DNA from: Octopus sinensis
Taxonomy: Eukaryota
Direction of reading: 5' to 3'
DNA length: 64,000 nucleotides
Assembly (NCBI RefSeq): GCF_006345805.1
Contig: NC_042998.1
Location: forward strand, 43,338,001 to 43,402,000
Positions 24,480-37,060 of the stretch are shown piece by piece. Made by a program: the position numbers and the translations under genes. Every line of letters starts with the position of its first letter. Position 1 is the first letter of the stretch. Under the pieces are notes generated by a model. The model worked only from the letters and a program-made list of their open reading frames with translations. It had not been told where the DNA came from and did not search any database.

Positions 24480-27400
24480 GAATTCTACAATTCTACTATT
24501 CTACTCCTTTACTACCATCGGAGGATAAATTTATACAAATCTATATACAACCTGGAGAAAGAAATATAAACCAAAACTAAACCCAAGACTAGTTCTAAAA
24601 CTAGTCCCGTGAGTACAATTCTTTTTTCTTGAACTGTATTAAACACACCGCTCATCCTGATTGTACTAAATACACTGAACTCTCCCACACACACTCAGAT
24701 ATAGCCACGCATTTCCGAATATATCGACACAAACTTTTCAACGGTGTATTCACTATTTTACATCAAGCCACCAATAACTGGCGTACAGTGTATAATACTG
24801 CCCCACTGAATATGGCCAATAATATTCAAAAACGCCACTGGGTTGAAAATGAAATTACTGCAATGATAACCGTTTGGTTCATTCACCACAACGAAGCTAA
24901 TGTTTACAATAAAATAGCTGAAAGCTTAGCGAAACAATCCTTTCACAGATCTGTAAAACATATCGAAAATAAAATAAAAGTGATTAAAAGAATATTTCCT
25001 ATTTTCCACACGCACATGGCAACACTAGAAGTCATTCTTGCCAATGAATGCAGTGCACCAAATGACCCAACTCCAACAGGTCAGGGGTCACTTCAACGAT
25101 CCGATAGTCAACAACAAACACCTGACCTAATTCCGCCCATTCTGGATGCACAAAAGGCAATGGATGTACCTTCTTCCACCTTAAACTGTGCCAAACTTCC
25201 GTGTCACAAAGGATGTCCCTGAACCCAGAATGCAACCACCACCATCTGAAGGGCACAAAACGATCACAAAATAAATATAAACAGCAACAGAGGAAATCTA
25301 CGACAACAACAAGAACAAAATACAACCACGTTTCCCCTCCTACAATCAAACAACGTAGACAGAACCATGAAAAAACCATAACACCAACATGAAATATGTA
25401 TCCTTTGACCAAGTGGCAAACCAAAGAGGTAACTCTTTTTTACTGACTTACCTAGAAAATATGAAGGCCGACCTAAGCCAGGAGATCCAACGAGCTATCA
25501 GCAACCACAAGGACCACACACCCACTACCAACAAGAAAATCATACACACACAGCTCCATACAAGAACTACCCACATTGTTACCACTGAAAAACATAAAAC
25601 ATAACTTAGAACAATGCAAACATCAAACTTCCCTTACCTCGACATTCCTGTTAAATGTACGTGGCATCAACCCATCAATTATTGCCCCAAAATGGAAGAT
25701 CCCATATATAGAGAGTTGGCTTGCCGAAACGGCACATTGCTTCCCTTTCTTTATCCTTACCGAGACTCACCTGAACAACACCCATATGGACGCCGAGGTG
25801 AAAATAAAAGATTTCACCATTGTTCGTGCGGATCGCACAGACCGGAATAAGGGAGGGACAGCCATCTTTATCCATGACTCCTTTTCACTTGATGCCAAGG
25901 ACATATTTTCCAATGGCTACTGTGAATCGGTATCACTATTCAGCAAGGCCAAGGACATAATCATTGTTGGTCTTTACAGGCCTCCCCAAGCACCTCTAAA
26001 GTGCTTTGAAAAGTGCCTTAGCCAAGTCAAGTCCTTCCTTCGGAAGTACCACAACGGAAACATACTAGTGATGGGTGATTTAAACCTCCCTCATGTGAAC
26101 TGGCCCACAAATACTCTGAAGTTAGGCAAATGCTCTACATCAGATAGAGCAGCAGCAGAACTGCTCTTTAATCTAATGGATGAATACTTCCTGACTCAGC
26201 TAGTGCTCGAACCAACGAGACAGAATAAAACGATCTTGGATCTGGTATTGACCAATCACTCTAGCTTCGTTCACAGTATTTCAGTTGAAAAAACTCTCCT
26301 CTCAGACCACGACATGGTACTCTACAATTTTAATTTCCGACATATAAAAACCAAACCAGCCAATCCCACTCCATGGCACCCATTTGACAACATAAACTTC
26401 CACAAAGCGGACTGGGGAGCAATCAGAAAGGATCTGTCTTTCATCGACTGGTCTTTTACTCTCAATTCCACCCATATTGAGACCGCATGGCAGCACTTTG
26501 GAAACATTGTCACCTATACATGCTCTAAACACGCTCCCACGAAATCTACTAACACAAACAGAAACCGGCTCCCTAAAAAGAAAAAAACACTCATCCGGCG
26601 CATCAAAAGACTCAACAAAAAAAATCAACCAATTAAAATATTCCCACACACAACATCCACATTCAACAACAATGAAAAGGCTAGAGCTGGAAAAACTTCA
26701 TCTGCAGACCGACATGAAAACCTCCATTGAAAATCAAAGAGCTGTGGAGGAACAGTGGGTAATCAAAAACATCAAACAGAACCCAAAAGTGTTCTATTCT
26801 TATGCAAATAAGCATAGAACCACTGTCTCACCCATTGGGTCATTGATTGATGATAACGACATTCACCAACACGATGCTAAAGAAATGGCAGAAATACTGC
26901 AGAAACAATACTGCTCTGTCTTTAGTGTTCCCACTGATATTGACGTAAGAGAAGCGAACGAAGTTGACTCCCAACATAAAATCTCAGACATAACCTTCAC
27001 TGCTACTGACATCGTAGCAGCAATAAATGAGGTCAAAGACTACTCTGCTGTAGGCCCTGATAGATTCCCCGCTAGTCTTCTGAAGGAATGTAGATATCAA
27101 CTTGCAGTCCCTCTGACCAACCCCTGGAGAAACTCGTTAGACGCAGGTTATATACCGAAACAGTTTCTATCCCAGTCAGTCATCCCGGTTTTCAAACAGG
27201 GAAACATATCCCTCGCACTCAACTATCGCCCAATCTCACTCACCTCCCACATCATTAAAGTGTTTGAAAGAGTGTTAAGATCAAGGATAGCTGACTTCCT
27301 GGAGACCCAAAAACTCCTAAATGCAAATCAGCATGGCTTTCGCTGTGGCAGGGACTGTCTAACACAGCTCTTACACCACATTGAAGATGTACTCAAAGCC

Positions 27401-28679
27401 TAGGGAACAGGCTCGAACTCTGACGTCATATATCTTGACTTCAGTAAAGCGTTCGACAGGGTAGACCATATTATCCTACTCTCAAAATTGGCAAATGTTG
27501 GAATCCGTGGAAAACTTCTACACTGGATTAAGTATTTACTGGCGAATAGAACACAACATGTTGTAGTTGATGGAGTCCACTCAAGCCCAGCAAAAGTCAC
27601 CAGCGGTGTCCCCCAAGGGACTGTCTTGGGTCCGCTACTCTTCATAATTTACATAAACGATCTTTCTAGTGTGATCGTCTAGTGGTTAGGAAACAAAAAA
27701 AAAAAAAACGTGATCGTCTAGTGTTGTACATTACTGCAAAGTGAAAATATTTGCTGATGACACTAAGCTCCAGCAAATCGTCAATGAAGAAGCAGACCGA
27801 ACTCAACTCCAGTCTTATCTATATGCTGTGAGTCAATGGGCAGACAGAAACAAAATGCAACTGAACGAGGGAAAATTTGAGCTGATGCATTTTGGAAGAA
27901 ATTCCTCACTAAAACAGCCATACTCTCTTCCTTCAGGGGAACCGCTCACAGTCTCTAACAATATCAGAGACCTGGGTGTAATTGTTGATGACGATTTCAG
28001 TTGGAGTGCACACATCAGCAAGTAGGTCGATATAGCTCGTAGGATGAGTTCCTGGATCTTAAGGAATTTCCGGTCCAGAGAACAAGGTGTTATCATACCA
28101 CTTTTCTCCTCCTTTGTACGACCACACCTCGAATACTGCTGCCCACTGTGGTCTCCCCATACAAGACAAAGCATCTCGAGGATTGAGTCACCCCAGAGGG
28201 CACTCACTAAACGAATTGAATGCATGGCTGCTCTTAAAGCCTTGAAACGGTACATCATTTGTACGATGTGGAGAATATACCGCCAACATTGCCCAAACGA
28301 CCTGAACATTAGCTTCAAGGTTTATCCAAGACTGAGACCACGGGCCATACGTCCCCTGCCCAATTCAAGATCACAGCATACATGTACACTGCAACATAAT
28401 TTCTTTTCCTCAACAGGCCCTGCCCTATTTAACATTGTCCCGAAAGAGATCAAAGAGGAAAAGGATCCCATCAACTTTAAACGGAGTCTAGATAGATTCC
28501 TTCAAAGAATACCAGATAAGCCACCCATAATTGGATACAACTAACCCAACAAGAACTCACTACTTGAATGGACCATAAACAAAACTTGACTTAAACAGGA
28601 TTCGAATAATCCTATCAGGTGGTGCTATTAAGTTAGACATGGCCTGGACCAATCTCTGGTCGAAACATATCTAAGTTTA

Positions 28680-28680
<1 letters not shown>
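24480..28680 (+). mobile_element. Near full-length decayed CR1/L2-type LINE (ORF1 remnant, APE endonuclease, RT)
   Basis: EN motifs LTETHL, VMGDLNLP, LDLVLT, SDH; RT motifs [45 protein letters not shown]; several stops and frameshifts; (TACA)n tail. Confidence 0.93.
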
Positions 28681-28772
<92 letters not shown>

Positions 28773-28931
28773 CATACATATACATATACATATATATATA
28801 TAAATGAACGTGTTTGTGTTTGTATATATATATACAATGATCCGGTTCTTGACTGAAGATTAGAGGCTTCGAATGACCCATCCGTGTCTTTTGTATCGTC
28901 TATTTGAATGTTTTCCCTTCTTGTCCCATTT

Positions 28932-28980
<49 letters not shown>

Positions 28981-29202
28981 TGTAATTGTTAGTCACAAAC
29001 TAACGAAGATATATTAACCACTTGTATTCTTCTCCAATACGTTGATAAGAAAACCACTAACGTTGCTTGATGAAGCTGGTTCGTACTTCCGAGCAACCAA
29101 TCAAGGCCAATATACAACATAGCTGCTCTCTGAAAAAAGGCGAGAAAGAATGAGAAGCACACACACTAGCTCTCGCTCTCTCTCTCTCTCTCTCTCTCCT
29201 CT

Positions 29203-29252
<50 letters not shown>

Positions 29253-29384
29253 ACCCCCACACACATACGCACACACACACACACATATACATATATAAAT
29301 TCGAATTTAAAAACAAAGAAATTAATATCAACACCATGTACAGCTTTTATTGTTTTAAGTTTCCTGAATTTTGTTTTCTTAAAG

Positions 29385-29558
29385 GTAAGCGGAAATGTTT
29401 GGCACCAAGAATTACCGATGGTGAGGTGTTTTATCTGAAGAAGAAAAGATATAATGTCGGTGAAACAATCTCGATTTACTGCCATCAGAACAAAGAATGG
29501 CAGCAAAACGCTAGTTGTCTCTCGAATAGTCGTTGGAATATGGGAAGTATGTGTGGTA
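29385..29558 (+). CDS. Exon j: Sushi/CCP domain
   Basis: TTTTCTTAAAG|; (R)KRKCLAPRITDG...YNVGETISIYC...ASCLSNSRWNMGSMCG: 4 Cys plus conserved W; A|GTAAGT; phase 1-1. Confidence 0.9.
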
Positions 29559-30649
29559 GTAAGTTGAAGCTTTCTGAATTCATACGCACGTACATACATG
29601 CATGCATGCATGCATACATACATACATACATACATACATACATACATACATACATACATACATGCATGTATGTATATATACATGCATACATGCATATATA
29701 CATACATGCATGCATACATAGACACACATACACATATACGCACGCACATATATTTATTTAATGGGGGCGAAATTGTGATGATTTTTAGGCCGACAACTGA
29801 CGAGGGATGAGCATGTTGACGTCTTAGCTGTTCAGCAGAAGAGTCTGATAGAATAAACACCAGGCTTACAGGGAATAAGTCCATGGGTCGATTTCTTCAA
29901 TTAAAGGGTTATGCTCCAGCATGGCCACCGTCAAATGATTGGAACAAGTAAAAGAATAAAAGAATAGCGGAAGAATGTTCCGCACCACTAAACCAAGAAA
30001 GTTTTTTGAATATGTACGATGTATTTTTAAGGCTAAATAGTAATTTTGTTTACGTTTGCGTAATTGAGATATTTTGGTTGCCTCTGCCAAAGCAACACCA
30101 ACGTCCTCTCAACGATTAGACAGAGGGGATTTTTAAAATGGTAATATCTGAAATGAACCTGGCTGCTCTCACAAACGGGAATACTAAAAACGAGCCCGAC
30201 CTCTCTCAAAAGTTAAGTTAAAAAACCGGGAAAATAATCCAGACTCCTTGTCCGGCACCTGATCAATCCCATTGGTAGTCATGAAATGTGAAGGTGGTTG
30301 TAGAAAATTTAGTAACAGTAATAAATTGTTTATCCTTGTCTAATACAACCTAAAGTTAGCAAATTCACCATTCAGAAAAGTTACAGCATAAAGGGAGATA
30401 ATTGAGAAAGACTTGAAAGTTAACTAAGATCGTAAAGTAAATATAACAAATAATCCAAAATCCTTGTGCGGTACCGGATCGATCCTACAATCTAATCATT
30501 TCTTGCCAGTCACGAAGCCAAGCATTCCTGAAAGTTTCATCTGAATCCATTCAGCGGTTCTCGAGATATCTTGTCCAAGGACAAACAAACAAAGACAACT
30601 GAAAACAATACCTCCGCCTTCGCTAAGGCGGGGGTAATTAAAGACCTTT

Positions 30650-31150
30650 TTATTAGCCTCGAGCTTAAGTTATTTTCTTTATTAATCTCGTTGTCTGGAT
30701 CTACGCTTTTGTTTTCGTTAGATTTCAGCTTTTGCTTATATTCTGCCTTACTAAGTGCTAGGTTATAATAGTCTTCGTTTTGTTTGAATACTTCTTCGTC
30801 TGCTGATAGGTTTGAAATACGTGATGAAACATTTTCTACTATTTTCCCTGCACTATCCATGAAAGAAATAAATGTAATTTTAACGAAGGAAGTCAATTAT
30901 AGTCCTATTAATAATACTGAATGGTTTATTATCCCATTTGGTGAACAAATTAGCACGAATATTCCGAAATTATTTTATTCGACGATAAATAAACATTTTC
31001 CTAAAGGTAGCAAGAATTATAGAATCTTCAGCTCGACCTTAGTAAGAATAGCGTATTCGAACTCAACGAACATAGCACAAATAATAGCTGCGCAATATAT
31101 GGAAAGATTAAATTATTTCTACGATAAACAGATTGACTATAACATAAATA
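30650..31150. mobile_element. Old Penelope-like fragment in two divergently oriented pieces
   Basis: Minus piece SRISNLSADEEVF...YYNLAL and plus piece WFIIPF..STNIPK..NKHFPK..RIF..VRIAYS align to consecutive parts of the 35606-37060 PLE protein. Confidence 0.7.
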
Positions 31151-31837
31151 TATTACTTAATAGCAATGAAACAAATGGAGAAAAAAACAAAGGAAAACGA
31201 ACGAAGGGAAATAACTGCTGTAAACATCATCCAAGCATATAAACAGAGAAACAAAATTTCTAAAAAGAGTAGCATAGTATTAACAAATTTTCAGAAAGAA
31301 AATAGTAACCTAAGACATAGAAACAGCAAAATGAGTAATAATAATAATTGTTTTAAATTTTGCTACAAGGGCAGCCATTTTGGTGGAGGGGATGAGTTCA
31401 TTACATCGACTTCAGTGTTCAACTGGTACATATTTTATCGATCTTGAGATGGTCAAAGTCAAAGTCGACCTCGGCTGAATTTGAATTTAGATTCTATCTC
31501 AACAATGCAGTTGACTCCACCCTGAAAACGCGACAAATTTGGCAGTGTGTATTAGTTGCTGCATAAACGTGGAAGTGGAGAAATGAAAAGTATAATTAAC
31601 TGCTGAATAAAACTAGATATAAGTCTCTGTTCGCCTTTATTATAAATTCATTACCTTCTCTACCAAAAAACATGCAGTCTATATAGAGACATATGGATCT
31701 ATCGATGTGGAGATTAGTAAACCAAACTAACTGGAGATTTTTTATATACTCACTGAGGTTAGCCAACATTAATAGTCGGCAAAAATGTCTACGGCACCCA
31801 CTGGGATTCTATATATCCCTACCAACCAAGATTTGGA

Positions 31838-31868
<31 letters not shown>

Positions 31869-31968
31869 TAATCCAAACATGAAAACACAAGGAGAAAACA
31901 TAACAACGTGAGGACGTAGAACAAGTATAGTGTTATTGGACGCTCTGGAAAGGAAATAAAGAAGGAGG

Positions 31969-32003
31969 ATTTAACGTTTCGAGCGGAGCTCTTCGTCAGA
32001 AAC
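31969..32003 (-). ncRNA. Minimal type I hammerhead motif
   Basis: Minus strand GTTT-CTGACGA-A-GAGC(TCC)GCTC-GAA-ACGT-T-AAAT; palindromic ACGU stem III. Confidence 0.7.
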
Positions 32004-32185
32004 ATAGGAAAAGGAAAGATCCAAGGAAGGGAAGACGGAGGAAAAAATCGCCAACGGTACACACGCAGTCACATTTTGAACGTATATATATATATATATA
32101 GGGAGAATTCACAAAACAAAGACTAAGACAAGTGGCGTAGACAACAAACAGATGTATTAGTATAACGCTCGGGAAGTGAAAACGT

Positions 32186-32221
32186 CTTTAACGTTTCGAG
32201 CCTTCGCTCTTCCACAGAAAG
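32186..32221 (-). ncRNA. Hammerhead-like motif with CUGUGGA core (A6U), possibly inactive
   Basis: Minus strand CTTT-CTGTGGA-A-GAGC(GAAG)GCTC-GAA-ACGT-T-AAAG. Confidence 0.45.
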
Positions 32222-32239
32222 GAACACAGAAGGTGTGTG

Positions 32240-32279
<40 letters not shown>

Positions 32280-32553
32280 CGAAACGGCCAGTGTCATTTT
32301 ACCGTTAGTAAATGAGTTAATAAATGCACTGAGGCAATATGAAATATATTTTGAATTTCTATGATGATATGAACTTAATAGCATAATTTACGCTTCGAGT
32401 AGATTCGTGGAAATCTTAAATATATCCACTAATTGTTGTGAAACGATGAGATCTCGAATTGATAGGCCTCATAGTGAGTGTGTGTAGATTATGAATCGAT
32501 TTTCTATAAGCATAATTTACACGAATATATACAAATATACACACAACACGAGG

Positions 32554-32604
<51 letters not shown>

Positions 32605-33045
32605 GAGATAGAGGAGTAGAAGTAAGAAATAAATGAATGTAGTTGATTATCTTGCATATGCAAACTTATAATATTCTTTTCAAATTTTGGCACAAGGCTA
32701 ATAATTTCGCGGGATTACACCGACACCAGTGTTCAACTGGCATTTATTTTAATAAGCCCTAAATGATGAAAAGCAAAGTCGACATCGGAGGAATCTGAAC
32801 ACAGAACGTTACGACGGACAAAATGCCGTTATGCGTTTTGCTCGGCGTGCTAACGATTCTACTGGGCTGGATGTATCCAATTTATCCTCTTCCCTAAAGC
32901 TGATGGCCGTGTGCTAAGATTTGAAACCAATATTAATCCATATTAATATTAAGTCCTCAAACAAATATATAATATAAAAATCCCGATAACGTTACAAGTG
33001 CTGTTGTATGTAACGTTTTCTTTTTCATATCTTCTGGGAAATAAG

Positions 33046-33202
33046 TATGCCCTTTAGAATGGACTCACCATTTTGGGTCATGTTACCGTTTTTTCCATGA
33101 GCAACGAATCTATCAAGATGCTGAAGAAAAGTGCAAGGAACATAATTCTGTGGTACTGGCACCAGAAAATGAAAGAGAATACAAGTTTATGCTGTCGCAA
33201 AT
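33046..33202 (+). CDS. Exon k: C-type lectin domain part 1
   Basis: (I)CPLEWTHHFGSCYRFFHEQRIYQDAEEKCKEHNSVVLAPENEREYKFMLSQ (CP..W..F..SCY, A...C); AT|GTAAGT donor. An alternative in-phase acceptor at 33057/33058 would remove the first Cys. Confidence 0.88.
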
Positions 33203-33325
33203 GTAAGTCTCGTAAATATTTCTGTTTTAATTTATATTCTTGTTCTTCCATCTCTCCGTCCTTTCGCCTTCCTCGTCCGTCCGTCCTTCATAATATATGT
33301 ATATATATATATATATAGATATGTA

Positions 33326-33380
<55 letters not shown>

Positions 33381-33699
33381 TGTTTGTCTGTGTGTCATTA
33401 TTCAGTTTTATTTCAAGATTTCTTGCTATTAGAGAAAGAGCTGGTTTCTAACCTAGATCCAAGGCTCCTTTCATTGCATTGGAATTACAACATCAAAAAC
33501 AGGGCATCTTTGTTTGTTTGTATGTACGTATTTATATGTGCAGATTTGTATGTTTAGTTTTATGTACGTATTCTCATGCATATAGTTGCATATCTAGACT
33601 TGGTCATATATATTTAAATGATAAACTTTTAGAAAGTTTTACAGACTTTTACAGTTCCAATAATGGATTGGATCTGCATATATATATATAACACACACA

Positions 33700-35605
33700 A
33701 AAAATCCAAGCCCCCTGCAACAGTCAAAACCAGCCACTACACTAACCTCCACATTCCTACTCAATGCACAAGGTGTCAGCCCTTCCATCAATGCACAAAA
33801 ATGGAAGGTCCAATTCATTGAAGACTGGGTTGGTAACCATTCACACCACATCCCTTTCTTCATTCTCACTGAGACCCACCTTGACAACTCCACTTGGAAG
33901 CCGAAGTGAGAGTGAAGAATTTCACAACCATCCGCGCGGATCGTATCGGCAGGAGAAGGGTGGAACTGCCATTTTCCTGCATGATTCATTTACGGCAGAT
34001 GGAATAGTATATTCTCCAACGGCTACTGTGAATCAGTCACCGTGCACAACAAAGCCAATGACCTGACAGTAATTGGGCTCTATAGGCCGCCCCAAACACC
34101 CATACTGTGCTTTAAAGAATGCCTCAACAGCATAAGTGCTTTATTCAACAGTGCCATTCTAGCAACATACTCATGATGGGAGACTTCAATCTACTCTGTG
34201 TTGACTGGACTACAAACTGTTTGAAACCAAGCACTCCCCCTCAACCGCTGACAAAGAAGCAGCAGAGTCACTTTTCGACTTTACGAATGAGTTTTTCTTG
34301 TCCCAACTTGTCCTTGCACCAACAAGACATCAGAACATTTTGGACCTAGTGTTTAGTACCACACTAACACTATACATAACGTTACAGTGGAAAAAACCCT
34401 TCTTTCAGACCATGACATGGTTCTCTGTAACATGAAATTCCACCAGCCGAAAGCAATCCTAGTGACCTTTCTCCAGCCCACCCATTTGACAACATGGATC
34501 TCCATAATGCCAACTGGGATGCAATCAGGACGAGCTATCACATGATGACTGGTCCTTTACACATACACACATCTCCACCAACCATAAAACATCTTGGCAG
34601 ATCTTTGTAGACACCGTCACAGACATATGTGCAAGACACTCCCCACCAAGACCTGTGACAAAAAGTGCAGAATCCCCCAAAACAGAAAAACCATTATCAG
34701 AAAATAAAAAGAACAAACAAAAAATTAACAAACTAAAGTACTGCCAACCAACACACACATTCGACGGCTATCGCACTGCTTGAATCCAAAAAAATAACCT
34801 CCAACAATGCATGAAGACCCTCATCAATAACCAAAGATCAGCTGAGGAGAATGGGCCATTGAAAAAATCAAACTCAACCCCAAGTGTTCTTTTCATTTGC
34901 GAGGAAACGCAGGGTCACTTCTCCACTGTAGGCCCTCTAATTGACGAAACTGGCACTCTCCAAGATAATGCCAAATCCATGGCCGAGATACTGCAGAACA
35001 ATACTGCTCTGTTTTCAGCAATCCTGATATGGCCGATCTGGGCTGTATCAGTGATGTCAACCCCCAACACACTATATCGGACATAACGTTTAGTGCCCCT
35101 GATGTCTTAGCGGCGATAAACGAAATAAAACACATTCAGCAGTAGGCCCCGATAGGTTCCCTGCTTGTGTCCTGAAGGTGTGTCGACACCAACTTGCATC
35201 TCCCCTTGCTAATCTGTGGAGAAACTCACTGGATGCTGGCTTATTCCAAAAAACCTTCTGTCCCAGTCTGTTGTCCCAGTTTTCAAAAAGGGAAACAAGT
35301 CCCTTGCAGTGAATTACCGTCCGATCTCACTCACCTCTCATATCATCAAGGTATTTGAGAGGTGGTGAGATCTCGAATAACCCAATTTCTGGAAAGCAAC
35401 AGACGGCTGACTCCAACCAACATGGGTTCCGTAACGGAAGGGACTGCCTAACGCAGCTCCTGCATCACTTTGAGGACATTTTGAGAGCTTTGGGAGAGGG
35501 CTCCAACACCGATGTCATCTACCTTGATTTCAGTAAGGCCTTCGACAGGGTCGATCACAAGATCCTATTGAAAAAACTATCCAACATTGGTGTCTCTGGA
35601 AAGTA
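33700..35605 (+). mobile_element. Second decayed copy of a related CR1-type LINE, truncated inside RT
   Basis: [50 protein letters not shown]; ends at NIGVSGK. Confidence 0.9.
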
Positions 35606-37060
35606 GACTTGAGAATTTGGAAGAATAGTAAGTCAGTTATAGAGTGGTTTAAAGGTATTAGCTATAAGAATAATTGTAGTTTCACACAATTCGACATTAT
35701 TGACTTTTACCCGTCGATATCTAGGACGTTGCTCCTAAGGGCATTGGACTTCGCCAAGCAGTATGTCAACATCGATAGCTCGGAATTGAAATTATTATGC
35801 ATGCGAGGAAATCGCTTCTTGTTTTTCGAGGATTCCACCTGGATTAAGAAGACTGAGGATTCTCTTTTCGATGTACCGATGGGGGCATACGACGGGGCTG
35901 AATTACGTATGCTCATAGGAGCCTTTATTCTCCATAATCTAAAAATAGAATTCCCATTTATAGATGCAGGTCTATATAGGGATGACGGCCTTATAGCCAC
36001 GCATAATCTAAACGGCCATGAATCAGATAGACTTAGGAAGGACCTTATAGCTTTCTTTCAAAGGATGGGCCTACGGATTACGATAGATACTAACCTGAAT
36101 AGTGTAGATTTTTTAGACGTAAATTTTAATGTAAGATCGGATAGATTTAACCTTTCCGTAAGCCCAATGAAAAGCTATCGTATATTAGCAAAGATTCGAA
36201 CCATCCACCAGTTATCCTTAGCAACTTAGTCAGCAATGTAGGTAGAAGAATATCTTCAATTTCTTCGGACGAGGCAGCATTCCATAATGCTGCACCTTAT
36301 TACGATAGCGCTTAAAGAATAGTGGATTCTCGGAGAAGATCCAGTTCAACCAGCTTAATGCTAATAATAATGCTGCACGAAGAACTAGGACCAGAAAGTT
36401 TGTGGTTCAACCCGGCTTTCAATTTGGCCGTAAAGACTAATATAGGTAAGGAATTTTTGAGATTAGTCTCTAATCATTTTAAGCAGGGTCATAAATTCTA
36501 CAGAATATTTAATAGAAGAACCCTGAAGGTTAGCTATTCTTGTTGCAGAAATTTCGCCTCTTACATTAGCCAACATAATAGGAAGCTAATTGAGATTAGA
36601 CATGGTGCCGAGCCCATTAGAAATGTAATTCAAAAACGAAAGCTCCTGTCCGTTAGAAGGGAAATGTCTAGTGAAAGGAGTAGTTTATAGAGCCAAGGTG
36701 CAAGTGGAAGCTCATCGGAATACAAGACATACACAGGGGCTTCAGAAATTCATTTAAAACAAGATTTTATTCTCATAAGAATTCTTTTAAATACCCAGAG
36801 AATAGGAAGAAAACCAGCCTAGCTAAATATGTCTGGGAACTAAAAGAAAGGAAGCCCACCTTTCACAACGTGACATGGAGCATTCTGGACAGGGCGGCAC
36901 CATACAGGCATGGAGCTTACAAATATAATTTCAAGTGCAAGCTTTGCTTATTAGAGAAAATGCACATATATTCAAAGACAATAATTCTTTGAATCAAAGA
37001 AGTGAGTTAATGACTTATGTAGGCACGCGGCTAAATTTAAAATGTCGAATATAAATATAC
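35606..37060 (+). mobile_element. Penelope-like element, 5'-truncated and decayed (RT plus C-terminal GIY-YIG)
   Basis: FDIIDFYPSI, MGAYDGAE, YRDDGL, FLDV; WFNPAF; CPLEGKCLVKGVVY.A, FKTRFYSHKNSF, LAKYVWELK, CKLCLLEK. Confidence 0.9.

Noticed and set aside
28845-28890. CTGAAGA...GAA motif
   Set aside because: No GAAA and no consistent stems I, II or III
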